Assembly (NCBI GenBank): GCA_003550625.1
Contig: PUKU01000032.1
Coordinates: forward strand, 1-35,150
Source: Candidatus Aenigmatarchaeota archaeon
GTDB lineage: Archaea > Aenigmatarchaeota > Aenigmatarchaeia > PWEA01
Direction: 5' to 3'
DNA: 35,150 nucleotides
Shown here piece after piece: positions 26,747 through 35,150 of the stretch. The first letter of the stretch is position 1. Each line of letters begins with the position of its first letter. The translations under genes and the position numbers were made by a program. The notes under the pieces are model-generated. The model was not told the DNA's origin. It worked only from the letters and a program-made list of their open reading frames with translations, and made no database searches.

Positions 26747-27316
26747 GTGAAAAATAAGAAATTTGACATAAACATGTCTCACATAGTGATAGCATTTTTG
26801 CTGGTCTTTGCTGTAGGTGCAGTAGCCGGTTGTGTAGGCAACGATGTTCCAGAATCCCCAACTGAGGATACCGATGTTCCTGGGGAAGAAGTAGATGAAG
26901 AAACAGAAGTAACCAGCGTCGATATAACCTTCAATAAGTACGAGGACGAACTCGTTGAAAGTGTTAATATAAAGGCAAGGAACTTCGACGAGGATACGCC
27001 TGATCTACGTGTAGAAATTGAGGACGAAAGAACGCTGATCTTCAACAACGAGGAAGGTGTCGGCTACGACTACGACCCCGAAACAGGTGTCTGGACACAG
27101 TTGGCAGGAACCATGGCGGAAGCGGCAGTGGTTGTATTTGCACAGGCAGCAGTCGATGGACAGAATGTTGCGATGGACTACGGTGTAGACGGAACGGCTG
27201 ACTTTGCTTACGGTGGAGAAGCAGGAGAAATTATAGTCAACGAAGTCAATCCGACTATTTCCGACGATGAGTTTACACCGCCCGATGGAGCTGAAATAGA
27301 AGAAACGCCTTTATGA
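26747..27316 (+). CDS. Acidic lipoprotein, possible LolA/LppX-like fold
   Basis: Hydrophobic signal with lipobox VAG-C, acidic linker, C-terminal NPTISDDEFTPPDGA. Start may be ATG 26774. Confidence 0.7.
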   Translation: MKNKKFDINMSHIVIAFLLVFAVGAVAGCVGNDVPESPTEDTDVPGEEVDEETEVTSVDITFNKYEDELVESVNIKARNFDEDTPDLRVEIEDERTLIFNNEEGVGYDYDPETGVWTQLAGTMAEAAVVVFAQAAVDGQNVAMDYGVDGTADFAYGGEAGEIIVNEVNPTISDDEFTPPDGAEIEETPL

Positions 27317-27379
27317 CAACCAGCAACCAAAAAACCACAATCCCTTCTTTATTTATTTTATCCACAAACAGAGGATAGT

Positions 27380-28219
27380 ATGGTCTACGCCGATATGCAC
27401 GTCCACACCAATGCATCCGATGGTATACTGAGTCTGGAAGAGATAGTGGAAGAAGCCAAGAAACAGGATGTAAAGGCTGTTGCAATAACAGACCACGATA
27501 CAGTAAATCCCCAGCTCAGAGAAAAACACCAAACCATGGACGGGGTAGGGGTTGTCACTGGAGCAGAGGTAAAAGCAGTCCACCGTGGAGTGGAGATAGA
27601 AATACTCTGCTACTTCCTGGAACCGGGAAACCACGGACTCCAGAAACTGTTCGAAGAGATGAACGCACGCAGACTGGAGAGGATGGATAAGATGGTGGAA
27701 AGGTTCAACTCCCTGGATAAGGAGGTTGGTCTGGAGCTTGAGGATATAGTCGAACTGTCGACGGGCTCCGTCGGAAGGCCACACTTCGCCCGGGCCATAG
27801 TAGAAAGTGGATTAGAAAGTGATTTCTGGACGGCCTTCAAAAAGTACGCCTCCAGGGAAAGTCCATGTTACATGCCCCTAGAGAAACCAGATGTTTCTGT
27901 CGTCATGGAAGGAGCCAAAAAATCAGGGGCCCTTACTTCCCTTGCACATCCCTGCAACGAAAACATAGAGGATTTCCGTGGTTTCATAAAGGGTCTGGTG
28001 GATATGGGACTGGATGGATGTGAAGTAAACTACCCGTACTACAAAAACAACAAGAACCCGAAAATGGATCCCGTGGAGGTAGAAACGGTCACCGAAGAGC
28101 TCGGCCTGATTAAAACCGGGGGTTCAGACTTCCACGATAGAGAGAACTTTACGGTAGGTAAACGGGGCGTAGGTAAGGATATCTTCGACAGTATGAAAGA
28201 TATGGCAGGTATAAACTAG
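27380..28219 (+). CDS. PHP-domain metal-dependent phosphoesterase (TrpH/YciV-like)
   Basis: DMHVHTNASDG, AITDHD, GRPHFA, LAHP, TGGSDFH. Confidence 0.92.
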   Translation: MVYADMHVHTNASDGILSLEEIVEEAKKQDVKAVAITDHDTVNPQLREKHQTMDGVGVVTGAEVKAVHRGVEIEILCYFLEPGNHGLQKLFEEMNARRLERMDKMVERFNSLDKEVGLELEDIVELSTGSVGRPHFARAIVESGLESDFWTAFKKYASRESPCYMPLEKPDVSVVMEGAKKSGALTSLAHPCNENIEDFRGFIKGLVDMGLDGCEVNYPYYKNNKNPKMDPVEVETVTEELGLIKTGGSDFHDRENFTVGKRGVGKDIFDSMKDMAGIN

Positions 28220-28224
28220 GTCAT

Positions 28225-30207
28225 TCAGAGCTTGATTAGGCTTCCTTTCTCGTCCACGTAGTCTATAAGGCGGCTATAGGTTTCGTTGTGTTTGAGTGTT
28301 TCAGAGTCTCCTACCATTATGAGCTTCTTTCTTGCCCTGGTTATAGAAACGTTTAGCCTTCGGAGGTCTTCGAGAAATCCTATATTACCCTGTTCGTTGG
28401 AACGGACGAATGAAACTACTATAACGTCCTTCTGTCTTCCCTGGAAACCATCGACTGTTTTTATCTCAAGGCCTTCTGTGTCCAGCATGTCCTTAAGAAG
28501 TTCCACCTGATCGTCGTAGGGAGATATCACACCTATGTCCTCCGGACTGACACCCAGATCAATTGCCTCATCTACTATCTTCTTTACCTGGGCGGCCTCC
28601 TTTTCGTTCTCTATGGACTTGGAACCTGTTCTTCTGCTCTCGGACCACTTACCGTGGCTGTCAAGGAACAGCACAACATTATCCGGGTCGAATATACTTT
28701 CCATGTGTTTTCCGGAAGGTTTCCCTGAAACATCCAGGGTATGGTCGGCCACCGATTCGTCTGCCTCAAGCTCTCCGTCGTAGAACTCCTGGCTGGAAAA
28801 GTTCATTATATCGGTGTTCATCCTGTACTGTTTCTCAAGCATCTCCTTTATACCGTCGCCATGTGACTCCAGCATCCTTTCGAAGAGGGTGTCTCCAAGG
28901 CCTCCTTCGCTGGCCTCCTGGCTTATTATGGTCGGTGGCAGCTGCTTGTGGTCTCCTGCCATCACAGTCTTCTCTGCCTTTGCTATAGGTATGAGACAGG
29001 ATGGCTCCGTGGCCTGTGTGGCCTCGTCTATAAATAAAACATCAAAGTCTCTTCCGTCCATAAGTTCACTTCCGGCGGTCGAGTTGGTTGTACAAACAAC
29101 CTCCGAGTCCTTGAGTATCTTCTCCACTGCCTTGTCCTCGAGCTTCTTGGCCGTGTTTATAACCCTTTTCTTTTCCTCCTGTAGTTTTATCCACATCGCC
29201 ATGCTCTTGATCCTGTCGGGCGGTACGCCCTTGCTTCCTTTTCCTTTGTCAGCAAGCTTCTTTATCTTCTTGTTGTCCATGCCTCTTCTCCACTTGCCGG
29301 AGGGGAACGTGTAGTCTTCCTGTTCGTCGCTGAGTTCGTCGGAACGTTCCCACAGTTCCTGTGCCTTCTGATGATCCTTGTTCTCCTGGACCATGTGATC
29401 AAGTGTATGTTCACGGATAGACTCTGTTACACGAACAGGGTGTCCTATCCGAACGGCCTTTACTCCCCTGTTCACGAGGAAGTCAACCATATTGTCCACG
29501 GCAACGTTTGAATCGGCCGTTGCCAGAACTTTCTTTTTTCTCTCCACGTGCTGCTCTATCGCCTCTATAAGTGCAGTGGTTTTTCCTGTTCCAGGAGGAC
29601 CGTGTATAAGCATCAGGTCCTTTGCCTCGAGTGACCTCTTTGCTGCCTTTTTCTGGGATTCGTCAAGTTTATCGTTCTTTACTTCGAACTCCTCGATCTC
29701 TTCAAACCGGGGTTCCATGTTTCCTAATATTATACCCCTCTTGTACATCTCCCTTCCAACAACTACCTGGAAGCTATCTATTGCCTTGAGCATCCTCTGG
29801 AAGGTTACATCGTTAACATAAAGGTCTATCCGTACTCCACCCTCGAATACAAACTCGGGTGGCTTTCCGGGGAAGGATACAGTTATCGAGTAGTCTGTGC
29901 TCTTTGTAACGGTCCCTGTCGGGTTGTTCGAATCGAGTGGGTCCTCCTTTGATACCATCACAAGATCTCCGACAAATATCTCGTTGTCCGGAAGTCCCTC
30001 CTTGATCTTGAACTCGACCATGTGCTCGCCGCGGAAACCTCTTCCATCGTCCTTTCCTTTGAGGTCAAGGACAGCCCTGCCTTTGGACTGTCTCTCCTCG
30101 GGAGACATATTCTCCATCTCGGTCGTATGTCTCTTCATCTCCTCCTCTCGCTCCATCTCCACGAGACGCGAATACTTTTTGCCGTATGATCCGTAATCCG
30201 AGAACAT
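28225..30207 (-). CDS. SF1B helicase, IGHMBP2/Upf1-like
   Basis: HGPPGTGKT, SNVAVDN, DEATQ, GDHKQLPP, QYRM, TVDGFQG, RRLNVSITRAR. Confidence 0.93.
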   Translation of the reverse strand: MFSDYGSYGKKYSRLVEMEREEEMKRHTTEMENMSPEERQSKGRAVLDLKGKDDGRGFRGEHMVEFKIKEGLPDNEIFVGDLVMVSKEDPLDSNNPTGTVTKSTDYSITVSFPGKPPEFVFEGGVRIDLYVNDVTFQRMLKAIDSFQVVVGREMYKRGIILGNMEPRFEEIEEFEVKNDKLDESQKKAAKRSLEAKDLMLIHGPPGTGKTTALIEAIEQHVERKKKVLATADSNVAVDNMVDFLVNRGVKAVRIGHPVRVTESIREHTLDHMVQENKDHQKAQELWERSDELSDEQEDYTFPSGKWRRGMDNKKIKKLADKGKGSKGVPPDRIKSMAMWIKLQEEKKRVINTAKKLEDKAVEKILKDSEVVCTTNSTAGSELMDGRDFDVLFIDEATQATEPSCLIPIAKAEKTVMAGDHKQLPPTIISQEASEGGLGDTLFERMLESHGDGIKEMLEKQYRMNTDIMNFSSQEFYDGELEADESVADHTLDVSGKPSGKHMESIFDPDNVVLFLDSHGKWSESRRTGSKSIENEKEAAQVKKIVDEAIDLGVSPEDIGVISPYDDQVELLKDMLDTEGLEIKTVDGFQGRQKDVIVVSFVRSNEQGNIGFLEDLRRLNVSITRARKKLIMVGDSETLKHNETYSRLIDYVDEKGSLIKL

Positions 30208-30320
30208 ATTGTACCCAAACTTAAGGTCTTCGGAGACTTAAATTAGTATGGGATGTAGTGCCTAAAAAAATGTAAAACAATTAAAAGATAGGTTCTACAA
30301 TTAAACTGATGGTGTGAAGC

Positions 30321-32444
30321 TTGGATATCAGAGAAATATTTGATACATTTTTGGACGAGTGCCGCGAAAGATGGTACCTTCTCATACTTATTGGGGTATT
30401 CGTACTGTCACTCTGGATAAGGCTGCTGGCCATAGACTTGAACTGGCTCCAGGCATACGACCCATACTTTCACCTGAGGTACATGAGCTACATAGCCGAG
30501 TACGGATGGATGCCTGCATGGGATCCTCTGTCCTACTTTCCACCCGGACGTCCAACCACATATCCTGCCATGATGTACTACCTGTCGGGCTACATGTACA
30601 GATTTTTCCAGGGATCTTTCGGATCGCTGATAGAGGCGGCACAGTACTCGACGGCTATATTCGGTGCCCTGATGACAGTACCAGCCTACCTTCTCGGGAA
30701 GGAGTTCTCCGACTGGAAGGCAGGCCTGATTGCTGCAGCGGTAATGGGAACGGTTCCTGCAACCATAAGAAGGACCATGGCAGGCTTCTATGACAACCCT
30801 GCCCTTGTTATATTCTTCTCGATACTAACAGTGTACTTTTTCGCCAGGGCTTTCAAGAAGGGAGACCTCGTCAGCTACTCCGGAGCCGCGATGTCCCTTA
30901 TACTGTTCAGCTTTACATGGGAGCCGGCCTGGTACATAGCCTTCATAGTCGTTGGATCTATTATAGCATACTACGCCGCCATATCAGTATTCGGAAGGGA
31001 GGAGTGGAGGAACAAGGGCAAGAAAACGGACTTTTACGAGAGAATAAAACTTGGCTTTGAACCATTCAAGAAACTAATTGTTCCCACAGTTGGAGCCATG
31101 GCCGTGGCTATCGTCGCAGCATACCTACTGGGTCTACATCCAATAAGTAGAATCATGGACTATATAGCATTTGCGACCAGCCCAGGGGATCTTCAGATAG
31201 TTAACGTCTCCGTAGCAGAGCTGCAGAACCTGGAGGTCATCGGAGCCGAGGCCTGGTCGGAGCTTTTCCAGAGGTTCTCGGGAGCACTAGCCTTCTTCAT
31301 ACCTGGATCTCTGCTTCTCTTCAAGAGGAAGAGGAGGCTAGGTACGCTTCTGCTGACGTGGACACTGATAACGTTCTTCTTTATAACACGTGGTGTGCGA
31401 TTTACAGTGATATTTGCACCGGCTGTGGCAGTATCGACCGGTGTTGCCTTTTCAGAGATACACAGAAACGTTATGAAAACAGGTAGGTACGCACCTATGA
31501 TAGCCTTTGGTTTCCTCGGGTCCCTGCTCATGACCCTTGTCAGCCCCTTCGCAGGGTTTGCACTGGGTATACTGCTCGCTCTCGTCCTTATTTTTGTGGA
31601 CGACGATGGAGATATACACGAAATAACGGAGCCCGTGATTTTGGCAACAGCCGTTCTTATGGTTGTGTTCGTGGCGTCACAGGGCATACAGATGGCATCA
31701 CAGCAGACACAGGAACCAATAACCGACGAATGGGAGGAGGCATACAGGTTCCTTAAACATGAAACAAGTGAGGATGCAGTTGTCGGATCCTGGTGGGACC
31801 CAGGCCACCGTATAGCCGGACTATCACAGAGAAGAAACATGGCTGACGGATACCACTGTCTTGAACAGTACTGTGAGGGAGGGCTCAACACAAGGATAAG
31901 CGACCTGGGTGAGATGCTTGTAACCGACAGTGAGGACAGGATGGTCGAACTCATTGAGAGATACCAGGAAGAGGCTTCGGAGGTATACTGGATAGCATCG
32001 GAGGACCTGATAGGTAAGTACCAGTGGCCCCAGTACTTCTCCACGGGATGCAGGGGAGGTGATCCACAGTGTCCTCTTTACAGCCAGTTCACATACGAGA
32101 GGGAGGCGGAGGGAAGGATAATATACAGAGGCGGGGTACACCTGGAGTTCGTAGATGACGAACCCGTGCCCGTGTTCGAGGGACCCGATACAAGGGGAAC
32201 CTTCGAGAGAGTCGTGTTCTACGAGGACGGTGAACTCAAGGAAAGGACCTTCGAAGAAGAGCAGAACGTGGTTCCGGGAACGCTCTGGGTACATCCACAG
32301 TACTATATGGTTGTTCACATCCCAGAGTTCCAGAGTGATTCGATGTTCACCAGGATGTACTTCGAGGAAGGAGACAGGTTGGATAACTTCGAGCAGGTGT
32401 TCAGAAACGACTACGTAAAGATATACCAGCTCACCGACAACTAA
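30321..32444 (+). CDS. aglB: Oligosaccharyltransferase AglB/STT3
   Basis: YDPYFHLR, GFYD, SVAE, RF, SWWDPGH (WWDxG), DLIGK (DK motif), SMFTRMY. TTG start. Confidence 0.92.
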   Translation: MDIREIFDTFLDECRERWYLLILIGVFVLSLWIRLLAIDLNWLQAYDPYFHLRYMSYIAEYGWMPAWDPLSYFPPGRPTTYPAMMYYLSGYMYRFFQGSFGSLIEAAQYSTAIFGALMTVPAYLLGKEFSDWKAGLIAAAVMGTVPATIRRTMAGFYDNPALVIFFSILTVYFFARAFKKGDLVSYSGAAMSLILFSFTWEPAWYIAFIVVGSIIAYYAAISVFGREEWRNKGKKTDFYERIKLGFEPFKKLIVPTVGAMAVAIVAAYLLGLHPISRIMDYIAFATSPGDLQIVNVSVAELQNLEVIGAEAWSELFQRFSGALAFFIPGSLLLFKRKRRLGTLLLTWTLITFFFITRGVRFTVIFAPAVAVSTGVAFSEIHRNVMKTGRYAPMIAFGFLGSLLMTLVSPFAGFALGILLALVLIFVDDDGDIHEITEPVILATAVLMVVFVASQGIQMASQQTQEPITDEWEEAYRFLKHETSEDAVVGSWWDPGHRIAGLSQRRNMADGYHCLEQYCEGGLNTRISDLGEMLVTDSEDRMVELIERYQEEASEVYWIASEDLIGKYQWPQYFSTGCRGGDPQCPLYSQFTYEREAEGRIIYRGGVHLEFVDDEPVPVFEGPDTRGTFERVVFYEDGELKERTFEEEQNVVPGTLWVHPQYYMVVHIPEFQSDSMFTRMYFEEGDRLDNFEQVFRNDYVKIYQLTDN

Positions 32445-32464
32445 CCACAATAAAAGGTGATAAG

Positions 32465-33139
32465 ATGTCCGTTGCTGCAGTTATACCAGGATACAACGAA
32501 GAGGAGACCATAGGCTTCGTGATAAAGGAAACGGAAAAACACGTGGACGAAGTCATATACGTAGACGACGGCTCCACCGACGGAACAGTAGGGATAGCCC
32601 AGGAACTGGATGCCACGGTACTGGAGTACGGTAAAAATGTTGGCAAGGGTTACGCCCTCCGCACTGGCTTTCGTAGAGCCCTGTGGGAAGGCTATGATAC
32701 GATTGTGTCCCTGGACTCCGATGGACAGCACGATCCTGCCTACATACCCAACTTCCTACGTTCCTTGGAAAAGGCGGACATGGTCCTCGGCTCCAGGTAT
32801 GCAGGACGTCCCTATACGATACCAAGGAACGTTCTGGGGAACTTCGGACTGAACTTCATAACCAACATACTCTCCTACGGACCACAGGGCCTCTTCCGCG
32901 GCCAGTGGCTGAAGGACACACAGACAGGATTCAGGGCCTTCCGTGCAGAGGCACTGGAGAAGATGGATTTACGGTCAAACGAATACTCCATAGAGTCGGA
33001 GATGGTGTACGAAGCAGCAATAAATGAACTAGAGGTGGTGGAGATACCCATACGTATACCGATACGTGTTCCGGGGGTCGGGATCAGGGACGGAGTAAAG
33101 AACGGCCTATGTGTCTTCAAGAAGAGGTTCAACCTGTAA
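32465..33139 (+). CDS. GT2 glycosyltransferase (DPM1-like polyprenol-phosphate glycosyltransferase)
   Basis: VIPGYNEE, VDDGSTDGT, NVGKG.A, DSDGQH, DTQTGFRA. AGGTGA SD. Confidence 0.92.
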   Translation: MSVAAVIPGYNEEETIGFVIKETEKHVDEVIYVDDGSTDGTVGIAQELDATVLEYGKNVGKGYALRTGFRRALWEGYDTIVSLDSDGQHDPAYIPNFLRSLEKADMVLGSRYAGRPYTIPRNVLGNFGLNFITNILSYGPQGLFRGQWLKDTQTGFRAFRAEALEKMDLRSNEYSIESEMVYEAAINELEVVEIPIRIPIRVPGVGIRDGVKNGLCVFKKRFNL

Positions 33140-33202
33140 CAGACGAACGAACGCTCGTCCACAAACATACTTAAAAAGTCACGACAACTATTAAGGTGAA
33201 GG

Positions 33203-34924
33203 GTGGGAGGTATTAAGCTTGTATTCAGCAAACAAAAACTGTGGTACGTTCTACTCATAGGTGTGCTTGTTTCAAGCACCTGGGCAAACCTATCCGTGAC
33301 AACCCAGGAGGAACTGGTCTTCGGTGACGAAGGTTACTACGCATCGACGAGCCAGGGCTTCGCGGAGAACCTGGATGTGAGATACAGGACCGTGTTCGGC
33401 GAGACGGACCTGGTCGGTAAAGAGTATCACACAAGAGAACCCATGACCTTCCTGATGTTAGGATCATTCTACATGTTGTTCGGTGAGATGGGGATGAAGA
33501 TCCTCATACCAATGGTATCCGTTGTTTCTGCTCTGTTCCTCTTCTTGCTCGTAAAGAAGATGCACTCGGTGGAAGCAGGAGTTCTCTCGGCTCTCCTCTA
33601 CCTGGCTGTACCGGCTATAGTTACCCATACCGTGTTCGTGTACGTGGAGCATATCGCACTCATGTTCCTCATAGGATCCTTCTACTTCCTCTACAGCTAC
33701 ATCAAAGACGAGGACTTTCTTCATCTGATATTCACGGGAGTTCTCTTCGGATTTTCAATACTAACGGCACAGAACGTTATTATCGTACCGATAATATTCG
33801 CAGTAGTCCTCTTGCTCTACAAGGTAAGCTGGGAGGGGTGGTTCAAGGAGTTCGGAACCCTTGTCCTCATAACACTGATAATGATGGCCCCGTGGATGGC
33901 CCACAACTACCGTGTGGGCAACGGACTGGGATTTGACACGCACAGGGTCCTGGAGCCCCTTGGTCTTGATCTGAGGGAACCTTCACAGGACTACACCGAA
34001 CAGCTACCCGGAATAGAAACAGGTGGCTTCCCAGAGGACCCAAGGGACGTTGGTGGCATACACGCACAGGGTTATATCAGTTTCATAGAGTTTGCTTACA
34101 CAATCCCCATATTCGTACTGGCTATGCTCGGGTTCTCATTCTACCTCGTAAAGAAAAACAAGAAGTATGCGATTCCCCTGCTCTGGGCACTGGTCATGTT
34201 CGCGGTGATATACTCGTTACTGTGGCACAGAAGCTTCGATATGGTATCGAGGAACCTTCTGTACATAACTGCACCGCTGGCCATGGCAGCATGGTTTGCT
34301 TCAGAAAAGATATACAGATACCTAAACAGCTTCGAGTCCACGGGCAAGATGCTCGGAATATTCTTCGTGCTTGTCCTCGTCGGTTGGTCCCTTTTCACCG
34401 TTGCAGCCAAGGCCGAATCGCTCCGGCCACAGAAACAGTTCTCCGAACCGTTCTTTGAGGCATGTGACTGGGTAAGCGAAAATACACAGGAGGACTCTGT
34501 AATGCACTATGTATACAGGTGGAGAACCCTGTACCACTGCCAGAGACATAGTATAAGAAACGACTTCCACGGGATGGAAGATGCTATAGTCTCAGCGGAC
34601 CAAAACACATATGAAACGTACAAGGCTATAGGCGTGGACTACGTGATGCTACACAGCCGGCTGGTCGACTGGAATCCAGGAGTGCAGTCGTACTCCTTCG
34701 ACTTCGTACAGTATATAATGTTCGACCCGCTTTACGAGCAGGTCTACAGCTACCCCGATGGATGCAACATAATGGACATGCAACAGGACTGTGTAGCTGT
34801 TTTCGAGATCCTGGACGAAGAGGATGTGGACGAAGAAGCACCAGATGAACAGACAATAACCATAGATCCCGAGGATCTCGAGGGAGAAGAAGGCGACGAA
34901 GAGGCTCAAATCGAGCTTGGTTAA
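33203..34924 (+). CDS. GT-C fold membrane glycosyltransferase (ArnT/PMT-like)
   Basis: FGDEGYY after TM1, many TM segments, PWMAHNY, RNLLY, soluble C-domain ACDWVSENTQEDS. Lacks WWDxG. Confidence 0.8.
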   Translation: MGGIKLVFSKQKLWYVLLIGVLVSSTWANLSVTTQEELVFGDEGYYASTSQGFAENLDVRYRTVFGETDLVGKEYHTREPMTFLMLGSFYMLFGEMGMKILIPMVSVVSALFLFLLVKKMHSVEAGVLSALLYLAVPAIVTHTVFVYVEHIALMFLIGSFYFLYSYIKDEDFLHLIFTGVLFGFSILTAQNVIIVPIIFAVVLLLYKVSWEGWFKEFGTLVLITLIMMAPWMAHNYRVGNGLGFDTHRVLEPLGLDLREPSQDYTEQLPGIETGGFPEDPRDVGGIHAQGYISFIEFAYTIPIFVLAMLGFSFYLVKKNKKYAIPLLWALVMFAVIYSLLWHRSFDMVSRNLLYITAPLAMAAWFASEKIYRYLNSFESTGKMLGIFFVLVLVGWSLFTVAAKAESLRPQKQFSEPFFEACDWVSENTQEDSVMHYVYRWRTLYHCQRHSIRNDFHGMEDAIVSADQNTYETYKAIGVDYVMLHSRLVDWNPGVQSYSFDFVQYIMFDPLYEQVYSYPDGCNIMDMQQDCVAVFEILDEEDVDEEAPDEQTITIDPEDLEGEEGDEEAQIELG

Positions 34925-34939
34925 AAACAATAGATAGAT

Positions 34940-35150
34940 ATGCATTACTACTACCTCGGCGGAGTTTCAATCCTGGTAGCCTTTATTACAACTTTATTTT
35001 TAACTAAGAAATGGATAAGCATCGCAAAGGGCATGGGGCTCACAGGGAAGGATATAAATAAAGAAGACGAACCAGAAGTCGCGGAATCCGGTGGAATAAC
35101 AGTTATAATAGGTTTAACTTTTGCAATTCTATTTTTCATATTCTCATTGA
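34940..35150 (+). CDS. MraY/GPT (AglH-like) polyprenyl-phosphate HexNAc-1-P transferase, 3'-truncated (not in ORF track)
   Basis: Manual translation MHYYYLGGVSILVAFITTLFLTKKWISIAKGMGLTGKDINKEDEPEVAESGGITVIIG... shows the GxDxNK..VAExGG signature. Open at the window edge. Confidence 0.85.
   Translation, partial: MHYYYLGGVSILVAFITTLFLTKKWISIAKGMGLTGKDINKEDEPEVAESGGITVIIGLTFAILFFIFSL

Noticed and set aside
28225..30207. Helicase plus PHP gene as a defence system, or an intein in the helicase
   Set aside because: The genes are convergent, the helicase has ordinary length with contiguous motifs, and there is no nuclease fusion.
1..35150. CRISPR arrays, transposases, integrases, stop-codon reassignment
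   Set aside because: No regularly spaced repeats or recombinase motifs were seen, and TAA, TAG and TGA all end conserved genes at expected positions.

Overview
Archaeal, gene-dense, mostly housekeeping window. Acidic proteins, tandem Kef antiporters, broken superoperons and non-canonical tRNA introns suggest a halo/alkaliphilic DPANN-type lineage (inference). Protein genes: RNase P subunits (Rpp30, Pop5, Rpp21), NTPase, type-2 IPP isomerase, GGPP synthase, TrpRS, DedA/VTT, PMM/PGM, a truncated S19e-PDCD5-L39e-L31e-aIF6-FtsY operon, P-type ATPase, HIT-like protein, two Kef-type antiporters, acetyl-CoA synthetase, a secreted ComEA-like HhH protein, SecF/SecD, geranylgeranyl reductase, a lipoprotein, PHP protein, IGHMBP2-like helicase and the start of an N-glycosylation cluster. 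Not in the ORF track: L39e, an MraY/AglH-like partial gene, an intron-containing tRNA-Gly(TCC), a two-intron tRNA-Trp(CCA) whose long intron holds a degenerate C/D guide, and a stand-alone C/D box sRNA predicted to guide 23S Gm2251. The most unusual signals are an L31e fused to two classical C2H2 zinc fingers, the sRNA / small ORF / double-intron tRNA-Trp cassette, and a HIT protein with Tyr in place of the catalytic His. No CRISPR array or mobile element was seen.
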